Positions 1 to 13,066 of a DNA stretch of 61,001 nt are shown here, one piece after another; position 1 is the stretch's first letter; every line of letters starts with the position of its first letter. The position numbers and the translations under genes were made by a program. Below the pieces are notes generated by a model. The model saw only the letters and a list, made by a program, of their open reading frames with translations. It searched no databases and was not told the origin of the DNA. The stretch lies in NCBI RefSeq assembly GCF_006345805.1, contig NW_021832408.1, positions 1 through 61,001 on the forward strand. The letters run 5' to 3'. The stretch comes from Octopus sinensis (Eukaryota).

Positions 1-849
1 GCCTTTGCTGATCTTGCCCCACCTCTTGATTTTGATAGCTTCTCTTAATTTCCTCAAAAGTGAAGCATAATAGGCTCCTGTAATTGTGGTACCCGTTGCA
101 GGAAATCTGTCATCACTACCCGTCCTGGTCTCAGAAGACTGTGAGCATGACCTTGCCAGCGGAGGGCTGCACCCTTACCTTCTTTGGAGGATGTGAGTCA
201 CGGTTGCTTCCACTGCATTGACTGGGCTTTGGTCTCTGAATCATAGTGATGGACCCAGGTTCCCTATTGTAATCAGTCTTTTGAAAATTTTGACTCATCT
301 TCTTGGCACCTCTCCAAATTCTTCCTCGAGCATTCGACGCGTTCTTGCTTCTGGAAAGGTGTGAGCAACCTGAGAATCCATCTGGCAGACACCTTTTGCA
401 TATGCAAATGGTCATGAATGATAGTTTCCACAGACCCAGTACTAATCTTGACCTCATGAGCTATTTGGCGAATAGTTATGCATCGATCTTCCAAAATGGC
501 AGCCTCAACTTGACGGACAGATGCCTCATCAATGGCAGAAGGGGGTGACCAGCGTTTTACAAGGTCATATGATGGGGCATCATCACCATAAGTTACTTTC
601 ATTTCATCAAAAGTCTCCTGTGGTGTGCTTCCTTTCAAATACAAAAACCGGATCACTGCTCGACACTCAACAGGCTCCATTTCACACTTGACTCAGTTCA
701 AACACCTGTAAATCAGAAACCACAATTAGCCCAGAGCTGTAATTTGCCACTTAATCTATAGAGATATACATAATTGCACATGCAAAATTTCAGCTAGATC
801 AAGCAACTGCAAGTGTGTCAGAGGCATTACTCATTGAACGTCCCTCGTA
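1..849 (-). mobile_element. Mariner/Tc1-superfamily DNA transposon, 5' part (left TIR plus disrupted transposase), running off the window start
   Basis: The minus strand begins TA|CGAGGGACGTTCAATGAGTAATGCC (TIR-like, TA target at 848-849). ORF 680-273 gives MEPVECRAVIRFLYLKG...YDLVKRW...ITIRQIAHEVKISTGSVETIIHDHLHMQKVSARW (mariner HTH region, internally deleted). The next frame gives KVRVQPSAGKVMLTVF*DQDG...LLRKLREAIKIKR (start of the catalytic domain, TGG>TGA). Confidence 0.93.
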
Positions 850-857
850 CATACTCA

Positions 858-996
858 CACGGTGGGTTTCTTTCTATTTCCGTCCACCCATAAAGCTCTG
901 GTCTATCCGGGGCTATAGCAAAAGGTGTCACGCAGTGAGGCTAAACCAAATATCACGTGGTTGGGAAGCAAGCCTTGTAACCACACACCTGCGCCT
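858..996 (-). mobile_element. tRNA-derived SINE family A, degenerate 5' half
   Basis: Reverse complement matches the head of the copies at 6185, 15512 and 58306 (AGGCGCAG...GTGTGG...AAG...CTATAGCC...GACGGAAA...GAAAGAA). Confidence 0.7.
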
Positions 997-1079
997 TTTC
1001 GCTTTAAATGTCAAACATTCTGACTTCTTCGATATAACAATGGCTGAAGAACCTGAAGGAAAAGTAGAAAAACAGTCAC

Positions 1080-1262
1080 TAGTACTACAACAGCAGCAGC
1101 AGCAGTAGTAGTGGTACTGCTAATAATTGAAAGAGAACGACAAAATGTATGATGCGATAGTGATTGACGATGGAGATGATGATGATGATGATTTGGAGGC
1201 TCACGACGACGACGACAATGATGATGATGATGATGATGATCACCACCACCACCACGACAACC
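1080..1262. repeat. Compound trinucleotide repeat (CAG/TAG/GAT/GAC/CAC)
   Basis: Runs directly visible in the sequence. Confidence 0.85.
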
Positions 1263-1819
1263 ACGTGACGAAGCTGATGCATCTCATGCACGGCAGTCGT
1301 CGTTTCCCACCGAAACAATCGTTACAAACATGAACGACACAGCTTCAAATTCGCCTGCAAAACAAAGATGGTGGAAGGAGACTCTTTCTTGTGTTAAGCA
1401 AAGCTAACTTCCACTTCCTTTGCTCATCACGCTTCTAAGCTTGCGTGACTTCCTGAATGTCTTCAACGCGTCGTCAAATTGCCTGGACATCATTCCACGT
1501 CCAAGAGTTCTTTCGCATCAATAAGTTTGTATCTTCACCCATTTCATTGCGGACACGTCTGTCTACAAGTTCTCAGTCTGTCGTTGTGTTATATCTCTGT
1601 CTTCAGCATTGGTGTCGTTGCTCTTTTATCTATATACATATCAACAAACACGCACGCACACTCCCAGGTGTCATATATATATATAATTATACTCGTAATT
1701 ATAAAATATTGTTTAAGTTTACTGTAAAATTGTCCTTTTTCATTCCGAATTCTACTTGGTGTATTATTAATTACTAGTAATTAATTAATTTTACCCATTA
1801 TTATAATTCATTATATATA

Positions 1820-1858
<39 letters not shown>

Positions 1859-1917
1859 CATATATACATATGTATGTATGTATGTATATGTATATATATA
1901 CATACATATATATATAC

Positions 1918-1965
<48 letters not shown>

Positions 1966-2089
1966 ATAAGAGAGCGATAGATAGATAGTGATAGATATAG
2001 ATATATACATACATGTACACATACATGCATACATACATTTGCCAATTTGTGTTGCAAGATTCTTGATGTGAAATCGTGTATTGAAACGG

Positions 2090-2350
2090 ATATTGTTGTA
2101 TTTCGGGATGGTATTTTTTTTTGTCAAATAAACATACGGAGTTATTGGAGCAAGTGCACACACGCAAACCAAAAGTGACGCCGAAGAGGTCACAGATGTT
2201 TGACAAAAGATTTCCGAATAAAGGACACAAGTTAAAAAAACAAGAAAAAAAACCAAGAAAACAAGAACAGTATTAAACGAGTGTAGAACAAATATATAGT
2301 GCGTGTGTTTATTTGGCAAACGAAAATGATCTCCCGAAATATAACAATAT
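2090..2350. mobile_element. MITE-like element with imperfect ~49-bp terminal inverted repeats
   Basis: 2090-2138 ATATTGTTGTATTTCGGGATGG...CAAATAAACATACG is the imperfect reverse complement of 2302-2350 CGTGTGTTTATTTGGCAA...TCCCGAAATATAACAATAT. The right end abuts (TA)n. Confidence 0.55.
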
Positions 2351-2353
2351 ATG

Positions 2354-2421
<68 letters not shown>

Positions 2422-2446
2422 GTATATATATATATGTATATATATG

Positions 2447-2489
<43 letters not shown>

Positions 2490-2494
<5 letters not shown>

Positions 2495-2945
2495 AATAGT
2501 AAAAAGTGAAAACAATACAGAAGGCTTAAGGTTAAAAACTATATATATTTACGTCAATATGTCTGAAGAATATTAAAATTTTTTTTCTTACAATGACATA
2601 ATTAAGAAGAAAGACCGGTTTCGCGTTTAGCTTTTCAAATTTCTTGCGACGTTATGTTTATCTTGAACAGAGTTATCTTTATGTTTATGTTTAAGAGAGT
2701 TCTAAATAAGGGGAGGTAATGAGTGATTTCTTCCGGTGTAGGGGAGATAATCGCTTAAAATTTTTTTTTTAATTTAAAAAAAATTTTTTTCCTTTCCCTT
2801 GGTGTGAATTTCTCTGTATCAGTATGTTGGCATGGTTAAGTCTGGGCTTGTACTTTTCAATGAAGAATGTTTCCTTGTTTAGTATAATTTGTGTTGATGA
2901 TCCGATAGCACATTGGTAAAATGGAAAGATTAAAAATTGTGGTAG
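2490..2945 (-). mobile_element. Penelope-like element 3' remnant (GIY-YIG C-terminus plus 3' UTR)
   Basis: Minus strand 2940-2835 translates LIFPFYQCAIGSSTQIILNKETFFIEKYKPRLN, homologous to the end of the PLE ORF at 24314 (PLYKF...RQNKELYFIKKFRPSLN). A hammerhead-like motif lies downstream. Confidence 0.75.
2607..2645 (-). ncRNA. Degenerate minimal type I hammerhead ribozyme motif
   Basis: AAGAAA-(TTTGAAAA, decayed CTGANGA)-GC TAAAC GC-GAAACCGGTC-TTTCTT. It has a perfect 6-bp helix I, a 2-bp helix II, the palindromic ACCGGT helix III and a GUC triplet. The core is mutated. Confidence 0.55.
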
Positions 2946-3109
2946 TAGTATTTTATTCCGGTCAGACCTAGGTTTCTAAATATTTTTAGCAAATAGAATA
3001 ATTTGCTAGGCGAAATTTTTCGTCCGTGACCGCGCTAACATAAATTAAGAGACGATTAACACATGCCTCTTCGTTATACATTATAATTTTTCAAATTCAC
3101 CTCGCAAAG

Positions 3110-3111
3110 AC

Positions 3112-3208
<97 letters not shown>

Positions 3209-3209
3209 G

Positions 3210-3256
<47 letters not shown>

Positions 3257-3282
3257 ATGGATAGATAGATAGATATACATAT

Positions 3283-3317
<35 letters not shown>

Positions 3318-3360
3318 CATGTGTGTGTGTGTCTGTGTGTGTGTGTTTGTGTCCACATAA
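3110..3360. repeat. (GATA)n/(CA)n/(TA)n/(TG)n compound microsatellite
   Basis: Directly visible. A similar (GACA)n(GATA)n array lies at 3820-3995. Confidence 0.95.
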
Positions 3361-3881
3361 ACTAGATATTTAAACGCGAAAGATACAGCTTTAACATTTG
3401 AAACCATCAGTGGAGTGATGTTGGGTAAATGCAAATGTAATTTATTGTGTGTCTGTCATAAAGAAGCTGAAGGCACGGAATATGCGCTTGTTTGTGCAGG
3501 TGTGTATGTGTTTTGCCGACAGGTAAAGAACTTGACCAATAAACTATGTTTTTCAGTGTCAAAGCCTGTATGTGTTATGCATGCATCCATGAGAATGGGG
3601 GTGTATTAAGATATAAATAATTTATTATAGCAATGTGTTGTTTATTTTTGATAGAAGAAACAAAATGCCTCAGAATAAGTGGAACAATAAGAAATAAATT
3701 TATTCTAAGCATATTTATAACATGTCTGAGAGAATAAATATGTACGAATTGACTTGAAATTAAGTCATGTTGTTAAGGGTTACACATTCACTCACAAAGA
3801 TACTCACACATAGAGATAAACAGACAGACAGACAGACAGACAGACAGCCAGACAGACAGACAGATAGACAGACAGACAGAC

Positions 3882-3954
<73 letters not shown>

Positions 3955-4983
3955 CATAGATAGATAGATAGATAGATAGATAGATTGATTGATTGATAGA
4001 TAAACAGAAACAGAACAACAGGTCTTGAGATAGAGCGAGTGTGAGAGAGAGTTATTGAACGCAAGGGAGAGAGAGAAAAGTCAAGTAGAGGTGAGAGATA
4101 GAGAGAGATAGAGAGAAAGAAAGAGAGAGGGAGAGAAAAAGAGAGAGAGGGAGAGAGAAAGAGAGAGTGAGAGAGAGAGAGTGTGTGAGTGAGTGAGATG
4201 ACACCATGGTCGATAGCCTTTTTGCAATGTTTACTCGATATTCTGGCATGGTATTCTCGTAATGTTTTTGTTAATCAATTATCTCTTGCATACACACACA
4301 AACACACACACAGACATTATGGGGTGGGGGCCTGCATATCGGTTCTGGTTTCAGTAATTGCGAGTGTGATTGAGAAATGATATTTATATCAATAAGTGTT
4401 AATATACAATTGAAGAATCGAACACAGAAACACGCAGAACGCACATAATTTTTTACTTATCTCTATGTGTGTGTGTGCGTGCGTGCGTGTGCGGGCGAGT
4501 GTGTGTTAGTGTGTGTGTGTGTGTGTTGTGTGTGTGTGTGTGTGTGTATGTGTGTATGTGTGTATGTGTGTGTGTCCTTTTTTGTGATTATATCTCGCGA
4601 GGTTCACATAAATCTAGAAAGACTGACTATAATTGTAAATATTGAGCTGAAAAACCCATTCGAAAAAAAAATACTATTATTTATAGATTTATGCAGATCG
4701 AGAGCTACTGGTTACAAAATTCTCAACTACTATATATATATATATATATATAATTGAAAAAACTGAAGTCAACAACAAGCGGTACGATTGGATTCCAATT
4801 TTTTCATCTACCTTTTCACTCACAACAGTATCCCAAACGCAAACCTGGAAGTACGTATAATACTACAACTGGATAGCACAGGGTGAAACCTGAAGGTGTA
4901 CGAGCTTTATACTGTACTCTACTACGTTCTTAACAGAATATACCAAAACTGTATACACACACACACACACACATACACACACG

Positions 4984-5022
<39 letters not shown>

Positions 5023-5032
5023 AAACACACAA

Positions 5033-5089
<57 letters not shown>

Positions 5090-5093
5090 CGTA

Positions 5094-5449
5094 GCACCCG
5101 GTCGGTTACGACGACGAGTTGATCCGATCAACAGAATAGCCTGCTCGGGAAATTAACGTTTAAGTGGCTGAGTACTCCACAGCCACGTGCACCCTCAACG
5201 TAGGTCTCGGGGTAGATTCAGCGTAACACAGATTGACAAGGCTGGCCCTTTGAAATATAGGTACAACAGAAACAGGAAGAAAGAGTGAGAGAAAGTTGTG
5301 GTGAAAGAGTACACCAGGGTTCGTCATCATCCCCTGTGGAGCTTTAGTTGTTTTCTCTCAATAAACACTCACAACGCTAGAGCTGGGAATCGAAAATCCC
5401 GATCCTACAAACGCGAGCCCGCTGCCTTAACCACTAGGCCATTGAGCCT
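5094..5449 (-). mobile_element. tRNA-derived SINE family C, tail type 1
   Basis: Minus strand has A-box TGGCCTAGTGG and B-box-like TTCGATTCCC. The first ~185 nt are shared with the copy at 19369; the tail ends ...GATCGGATCAACTCGTCGTCGTAACCGACCGGGTGC. Confidence 0.85.
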
Positions 5450-5481
5450 ACACACACACACACACATACACACAAACACAC

Positions 5482-5524
<43 letters not shown>

Positions 5525-5670
5525 TAGTTGAATGAATTATCTTAGTATGGATAATTCGGTTAACCGATACCTGGGTAGCAAATTCACGTCAGAAAAACAC
5601 GGTTGAAGTTCATGCCAAGGGCAGAGATCACGTGCTTACGTGTGGAAATTTGTGTGGTTTTTTAATACAA

Positions 5671-5760
5671 ATAAATGAAAGAATGGAGTTGAACGACGAT
5701 TTAACAAGGATTTAACATAATCGTTGTTAAATCGTCGTTCAACTCCATTCTTTCATTTAT
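5671..5760. repeat. Perfect 37-bp inverted repeat with a 16-nt spacer (90-bp palindromic mini-element)
   Basis: 5671-5707 ATAAATGAAAGAATGGAGTTGAACGACGATTTAACAA is the exact reverse complement of 5724-5760. Confidence 0.95.
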
Positions 5761-6112
5761 ATCTATATATATATAACCCCTTATTAATCCAAGGGAAAGC
5801 AATGTGAGCAGCAGCAAAAGGAATATTGAATTTACGCTTAAAATCATAAAACATTTGATAAAAATTTGCTAAATAAAAAAATTGGTGTAATAAAACATAC
5901 AATGACATATTAAAATGACGTTTAAAATTCCAGAGAAATACAGAAATGATAAACATACAAAATTACAAAAACACAAAAATGTTCATCTAAGGGCCCCTCG
6001 GATTAATAAGTGAATACAGCTCATTTGAGCACTACAATTCCAGTCTGTTATATATTTTGAGTGTTGTTGTCACTAGAGATCTGAAGATATAACTTTGTAT
6101 TTTGTAATTTAT

Positions 6113-6174
<62 letters not shown>

Positions 6175-6184
6175 ATATATATAT

Positions 6185-6332
6185 AGGCGCAGGAGTGGCT
6201 GTGTGGTAAGTAGCTTGCTAACCAGCCACATGGTTGCAGGTGTCTTCTGCTATAGCCCCGAGCCGACCAATGCCTTGCAAGTGGATTGGTAGACGGAAAC
6301 TGAAAGAAGCCTGTCGTATATATAATATATAT

Positions 6333-6382
<50 letters not shown>

Positions 6383-6598
6383 GTGTGGTGTATGTTTGTG
6401 TGTCTGTGTTTGTCCCCCTAGGATTGCTTGACAACGGCTGGTGTGTTTACGTCCCCCGTCACTTAGCGATCGGCAAAAGAACCGATAGAATAAGTACTGG
6501 GCTTACAAAGAATAAGTTCCGGTGTCGATTTGCTCGACTAAAGTCGGTGCTCCAGCATGGCCGCAGTCAAATGACTGAAACAAGTAAAAGAGTAAAGA

Positions 6599-6600
<2 letters not shown>
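6185..6600 (+). mobile_element. tRNA-derived SINE family A with an internal (TA)n/(TG)n microsatellite (B-box region deleted)
   Basis: AGGCGCAGGAGTGGCTGTGTGGTAAG head; internal TA/TG array after GAAAGAAGCCTGTCG; tail GGTGCTCCAGCATGGCCGCAGTCAAATGACTGAAACAAG. Multiple homologous copies occur in the window. Confidence 0.92.
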
Positions 6601-6654
<54 letters not shown>

Positions 6655-7354
6655 ATATGAAATACAAAAATTCTTTAATTATAAACATAGTTATAACTAG
6701 GATTCAGCAAATTGTTTCACCACATACCGAAATTTAGAAATAGCAGTTAAATACTATTCCTCTACCATAAGATATTTCCCAGACAGCAATGCTCTTAATT
6801 CACGTAGGTATAGGGGAAAAAATGAAACCACCCAGCTTTGATATATAAAATACAAAATGGGACAAGAACGCAAAACGTTCGGACAGCTTGGTGATACAAA
6901 AATGGGACAGCAAAACATGCAGATAGAAAACAAGAACGGGTCATTTGAAGTTTTCTTTCCTCAATATAAGAACCGAATCTTACCGTCAACTTGTAGTCAC
7001 TGACGTTATAAAAAATTCAATGCAATATTCGGTATTTTAAGAAAACATCTACGCTAAGTTGGATATATAGATAGCTTTCGTCACTAGCTGGACATTGCCT
7101 CACACTGAGGACGGATAACATCCAGAAACTTAGGTCTATGAGTATCACGTAAGGCTAGAGATGGGAGCGATAACCCACATCCCTTGCAAATGCTATATAC
7201 GGACACACAATGTGTGTTGTTAGCCAGCTGGAAAAGATGTTTTTCTGGAGGCTAAAAGAAACATCGTCCTTTACAGGACCGCAACATTATGTTGGCATAT
7301 AAACATTGTTATATGTATATATATATACATACAAGCATACATACATATATATAA

Positions 7355-7412
<58 letters not shown>

Positions 7413-7416
7413 TCTA

Positions 7417-7476
<60 letters not shown>

Positions 7477-7483
7477 TATATAT

Positions 7484-7570
<87 letters not shown>

Positions 7571-8001
7571 TATATATATATATATATATAATACGTATGT
7601 ATAGACATATAGGAACGCACAGACACATATGTATACAGATATCCTTATACGGTTTGTATTTTACCACGAGTCTTTACCAAGCTGACTAACCAAAGCGATT
7701 GGCAAGATAAAAACGAATCCAAGCTCTAAAAGCAAGGAAGTTCTATATTTCCATTTTTACACATCACAGATAGAAATACAGCTTTTCCCTCCCTTTCTCT
7801 TCTCTTTGTCTCTCCCTCCTCTCATTTATAATCTCTCTGTCTCTCTTTTTTCCTGTTTCTTTTTTTCATTTCCTTTCTATCTCTCTGTTGCTTTCATCAA
7901 TCTCTGATGGTTTTACTGATGACGTTCTTTTGCGCAATACATACACCTATAAAATTCACGCACGTATCTCAATACGTATGTCCATGCATATATATATATA
8001 C

Positions 8002-8046
<45 letters not shown>

Positions 8047-8479
8047 TCCATATATATATATGTGTGTATGTGTGTGTGTGTGTGTGTACGTGTGTGCCTG
8101 CGCGCGTGCATGTGTGCGAGTGTGCATGAGTATGTGTACGTATGTGTATACATATATGTATGTACATATATACATATTTTATGCATACATATATATATAT
8201 ATATATGTATCTAAATATACATACACACACATATATATATATAAATATAACCACACACACACATATATATATGTATATGTGTCTGTGTGTGTATGTGTGT
8301 GTGTGTGTATATACATACATACATACATACATACATACACATACATACATACATGCATACATACGAAATGCAAAACAACAATGAATGAAAACAGCAAAAA
8401 CACGCACAGAAAAGCAAAAATTACTAGAAATAAATAAATAAATAGATAAATAAACCAAACAGCAACAACAACTATATTA

Positions 8480-8548
8480 ATGATGACTAATGAAAATAAT
8501 GATGATGATGATGATGATGATGATGATTATAATAACAACAACAACAAC

Positions 8549-8580
<32 letters not shown>

Positions 8581-8655
8581 TAATAATAATAATGATGACA
8601 ATAATACTAATAATAATAACAACAACAACAACAACAACAACAAGAATAATAATAC
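8480..8655. repeat. (GAT)n(AAT)n(AAC)n compound microsatellite
   Basis: Directly visible. Confidence 0.95.
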
Positions 8656-9116
8656 GAAAGCGTTGATTTAGCATTCTACTAAACAAACTTCAGTTGACTA
8701 TTTACACTAAAGAGAATTTCCAAGTACAGAACTAATTCTATGATGTTTGAACTTTTAATAGTATATTATCCTACTCAGTAATTTATCATCGGATGTCATT
8801 AATAATAAAAAAAACGAAAATATCAATAAATATACCATATATATGCGTCCGTACGTGCGTGCGTACGTGTGTGTGTGTGTGTGTATGTGTGTGTGTGTGT
8901 GTGAAGTGTGTGTGTGTGTGTGCGTGCGTGTGTGTGTGGAGATGAAAAAGAGACTAGGAAACAGTATGAAAATGAGCGGTGTCTACAAACGCACATACAT
9001 ACATACATACACACGATTATATAAACGCATACGCATACATATACGCGCATAGAAATTATCGTGCAAACGCATACACAAATATGTCATTTAAATTTTTTTA
9101 CATATGTATAAAATAA

Positions 9117-9165
<49 letters not shown>

Positions 9166-9544
9166 GGGATGTGCATGGGTGCATGTAGAGACAGTGAAGG
9201 TGAGTGGTAGAAGTTTGTGTATACGTTTGTAGCTTTCTTATCTCATATTAAGTGTGTGTGTACGCATGTGTTTATATATATGTGTTTATATATATATGTA
9301 TGTATATGCACACCCTTGCATAGAGCGAAACATAGGTGGAACTACACACACATGCACAAATGTACATCAATCCATATATGTATATACACACAGACAAGTA
9401 CACACATACACGCACGAGTATTCTCTCACACACACAGATATGTACGTATACATATGTACATATATATATATGCATTAATTTCCATATACATACAAATACA
9501 TACATACACACATACATCTTATGTCTATATGTGTGTGTATATGG

Positions 9545-9577
<33 letters not shown>

Positions 9578-10385
9578 TTATGTATGTATGTATAAATACA
9601 TTTTTTACTTATTTGCTTACGTGTGTGGGGTCATGAGCGAGTTAGGATTAAGAGATTAAAAGAGAAAGAGAATTAGTGAGTGAGTGAGTGAGTGAGTGAA
9701 GGAGTGAGACAGATCTAAAGTAGGAAAGAGAGAGCGAGAGTCACTAGAGTCACATGACAAATCACACAGCTTACACCAACACAACGGTCAGAAAACAACT
9801 GTTACCATACGTGAAACGTCATGTCACGGTCGCACTGCGCACACATACAATTATATCATCCAGTGAGATGCATAGTAAAACACGCAGAATCTATAATCAC
9901 ACAGAAAGGAACTTCATAAGAAACGAGAGTCGTTGTTTTTTAATCAGAACATCAAAGGCGAGCTTTGTATGCTTAGCATACATATACACACACTACGTAA
10001 TTATACACAAACATTGATGTATAAACATACACAAACACCATCATACAATGACGCAGATGTATACATGACTATGCACACACACGCACACTTACACATACCA
10101 TACACACACACACGTATATATATATATATAAATATCTATTTATATATATGTACACACACATGGATACATATATATTTATGAATATATGTGTGTGTGAGTG
10201 CGTGTGTATGCAAATGTACATACATATATATTTGTAAATGCTTAACATACACAAATGTATAAGTGAATGCATATATATGTGTGTGTGTGTGTGTGTTTAT
10301 TTGCCTATATATGTACATGTATATATATACATACACACACATACACACACATATATATATATATTATATATATATATATATATAT

Positions 10386-10426
10386 ACTAGCATTATGACC
10401 CGTCGTTGCCGGGTCATAGTGCTAGT
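10386..10426. repeat. 41-bp palindrome with CTAG at both ends (Helitron/Helentron-like mini-element)
   Basis: ACTAGCATTATGACCCG-TCGTTGC-CGGGTCATAGTGCTAGT: 17-bp arms with 1 mismatch, embedded next to (TA)n. Confidence 0.7.
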
Positions 10427-10779
10427 GCATGTATATATGTGTATATATAAGTGTACATATTACATGTACATCTATATATATATACATCTACACATAAAAT
10501 ACAAAATACAAAGTTATAGCTTGATATCGCTAGTGATTTCTGCACACTAATTTTATTTTTAATTTATTCCCAATCATGTGAAACCACTTATTCAAGTTCA
10601 AATCATTGATGCAATTTTATATCAATTGCTATTTTTACTTTTGTTATGTTACGATTTAATTATTATACGTTAGTTTGATTTTAATTATTACTTACTACAT
10701 ATAATTCAATTGATATTATTATTTTTATAGTTAAAGTGAAAGCATCTGACATAAAATAGAGAAATGTTTTTGTTTCACT

Positions 10780-10985
10780 TTTAACACGTAATACTGAAAT
10801 AGTGGAGAAGATATGATATTGCTATGGGCTCGCTCTAGGCAAGAAGTTGATCTTTTTTTGCCCATGAAACTACATGGACCCTAAGTAAGGCATGTGTAAA
10901 ATTGGTTGTGTAGTTCTCAAGTTTTTAGTGGGAAAGATACAGACAGACAGACAGACACCATTCTCATGTTTTTAATATATACAGG
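10780..10985 (+). mobile_element. Helitron/DINE-1-like non-autonomous element 3' part
   Basis: ...CATGTGTAAAATTGGTTGTGTAGTTCTCAAG...(CAGA)n...TTTTTAATATATA resembles the (CAGA)n-containing 3' ends of Lep1/DINE-type rolling-circle elements. Recognised from memory only. Confidence 0.4.
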
Positions 10986-11511
10986 GATATATGTATATAT
11001 ACAGGGATATATATATATATATATTATATATTATATATATATATATATACATATTTTATACATACATTCATACATACATACATACATACATACATACATA
11101 CATACATACATACATACATACACACAAATAAAGATAGTTAAGTCAAATGAATGTACAAGATGAGGCTAATGTGAAAAAAACGCATGCGTGCCCATACACG
11201 CACAAACACTAAAAATACAGACAAACGATAAAAAAATTGTAAACAGTTAGTTAATGATTCATAAATATATGCGTGCGTACGTGTGTATGTATGAGTGCGT
11301 GTGTACCAACCGTAATGAGGACAGTATCACACATACATGTATATGTTAGAAGTAGGAACGATAAATATTTGGAATTTAGTACATAAAAACATGGAACTGT
11401 ATTCACAAAACGACTACAACCGTTTAACTACCTAACTCTTTTTTCCATGAACGAAACGTTAATTAAAATCTAATATAGAGCTTAACAAATCTCCCTCATC
11501 TATCTCCCAGA

Positions 11512-11542
<31 letters not shown>

Positions 11543-11749
11543 ACTCACTCTCTCTGTTTCTCTTATATTCTCGCAAAGCATTGGTTATCATCGAATATAA
11601 CTCCTGAGAATGAAGAATGCCAAGATAATGTCATATTGAGAGAACACCCCATGCCTTCGTGTAGGCATGAAGAACCGCTGAATCGAGTCGTAACACAGTC
11701 ACTCGACCTGTTGTAAACACCACCCAAATGTCCATTTAGTTATATATTG

Positions 11750-11963
11750 GTTTCAAATTTTGACACAAGGTCAGCAATCTTATGTGATGGGTTAAGTCGA
11801 TTAATTCGATCTCAGTGTTCCGCTAGTTCTTGTTTTAATCGACCCTAAAAGGATAAAAGGCAAAGTCGACCGCGGCAGAATTTGAACTCAGAACGTGAAT
11901 TCGAACGAAATGCCGCTAAGCATTTTGCCCGACAGGCAAACGATTCTGACAGTGTGCCGCCTT
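11750..11963 (-). mobile_element. tRNA-derived SINE family B
   Basis: Reverse complement contains GAGTTCAAATTC (B box) and GGTCGACTTTGCCTTT...GGGTCGAT, the core shared with the copies at 19024 and 34498. Confidence 0.85.
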
Positions 11964-12699
11964 CATTAAGTGATATATTACTATCCTGAAAATAGAAACC
12001 ACACATTGTTTAATATGGACTTACATACATTATGACATGGAAAAACGAGTTGGTCGTAGTTGGAACGTCTTTGATCAAGTAATCACCGTATCTAAGTTAC
12101 CCGAAGGAGACAGAACTACAGCACTTATTACCCTTATTTACAACGGTTTAACTTGAAGGCGATAAAGCTATAGAGAAGAGCGTCTGTATATTGTACTAAA
12201 ATGCCACTTGGATAGAAAAGTCGAAGCCTGCCGATAAAATATGAACCCAAGCCCCTGTGAATGTGACCACGTGTTCAACCATTGGAATTCGACTTCTATC
12301 GAAAGTATCTTTTAATCCAATATTAACACATTATTATTTATAGCTTTATCTGCTTTAAGTTAACCATTCTAAAAAAAAGAATAATTTCATGTCTCTCAAA
12401 GTTTCTAAATTGATATGACCTCAAAACCAATTATAAGTGGATCCGCTCATTTTGAAAACTGTGTGAAGTTTGCAACCTATCAAAGCCGGTAATAGTGGAG
12501 CTGTGTACAATGGACCAAGCAAAGCGCTACGGCACTAAAGTACAGGATTACTCGAAACCGCCCAGGTGTTGATAGAGTCAATTTTATTCCGTCCATTTAA
12601 TGTCGACATGATTATAAGATGATAGTGTGATCTTAAGACGACGGCAAAAGGTCTTTGCTGTTATGTGCATTAAAATGTAGTATAACACTGTTTACAGAT

Positions 12700-12975
12700 T
12701 GGGGATTACATAGAAAATATTTTACGTATGATATGGGCAGTTCCCACGAGCACTATTTTTTGAATTGCGTTCATTTTTAGATTTTCTGGTATCTGAGCTA
12801 GGAAGCAATCGGTCCCTTTTGCTGTCATTTCTAAGTCACCTATGACAACAGGTATTATTTTAGTCTTGAGGTTCCTCATTTTGCCCATTTCTATTTCTAT
12901 ACTTGCTCAGTTTTTTATTGGTCTTGACAGATACATTTATGTCGATTGGGACAGTCATATCGATGAAAAGGCATT
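12700..12975 (-). mobile_element. R4/Dong-like non-LTR retrotransposon 3' fragment (restriction-like endonuclease C-terminus)
   Basis: Translates FIDMTVPIDINVSVK...KLSKY / LKTKIIPVVIGDLE...IQKIVLVGTAHIIRKIFSM*. Its 5' end abuts (TAA)n. Confidence 0.85.
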
Positions 12976-12980
12976 ATTAC

Positions 12981-13047
<67 letters not shown>

Positions 13048-13066
13048 GTTGTTATTATTATTATTA
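12976..13066. repeat. (TTA)n microsatellite separating two RLE LINE fragments
   Basis: Directly visible. Confidence 0.95.

Noticed and set aside
1127-1333. Acidic/His-rich 68-aa ORF
   Set aside because: It is mostly GAT/GAC/CAC repeats, with no recognisable domain or splice support.
11579-11720. Possible exon after a (CT)n tract (HWLSSNITPENEECQDN...)
   Set aside because: No homology recognised, the donor is weak, and the pyrimidine tract is a microsatellite.
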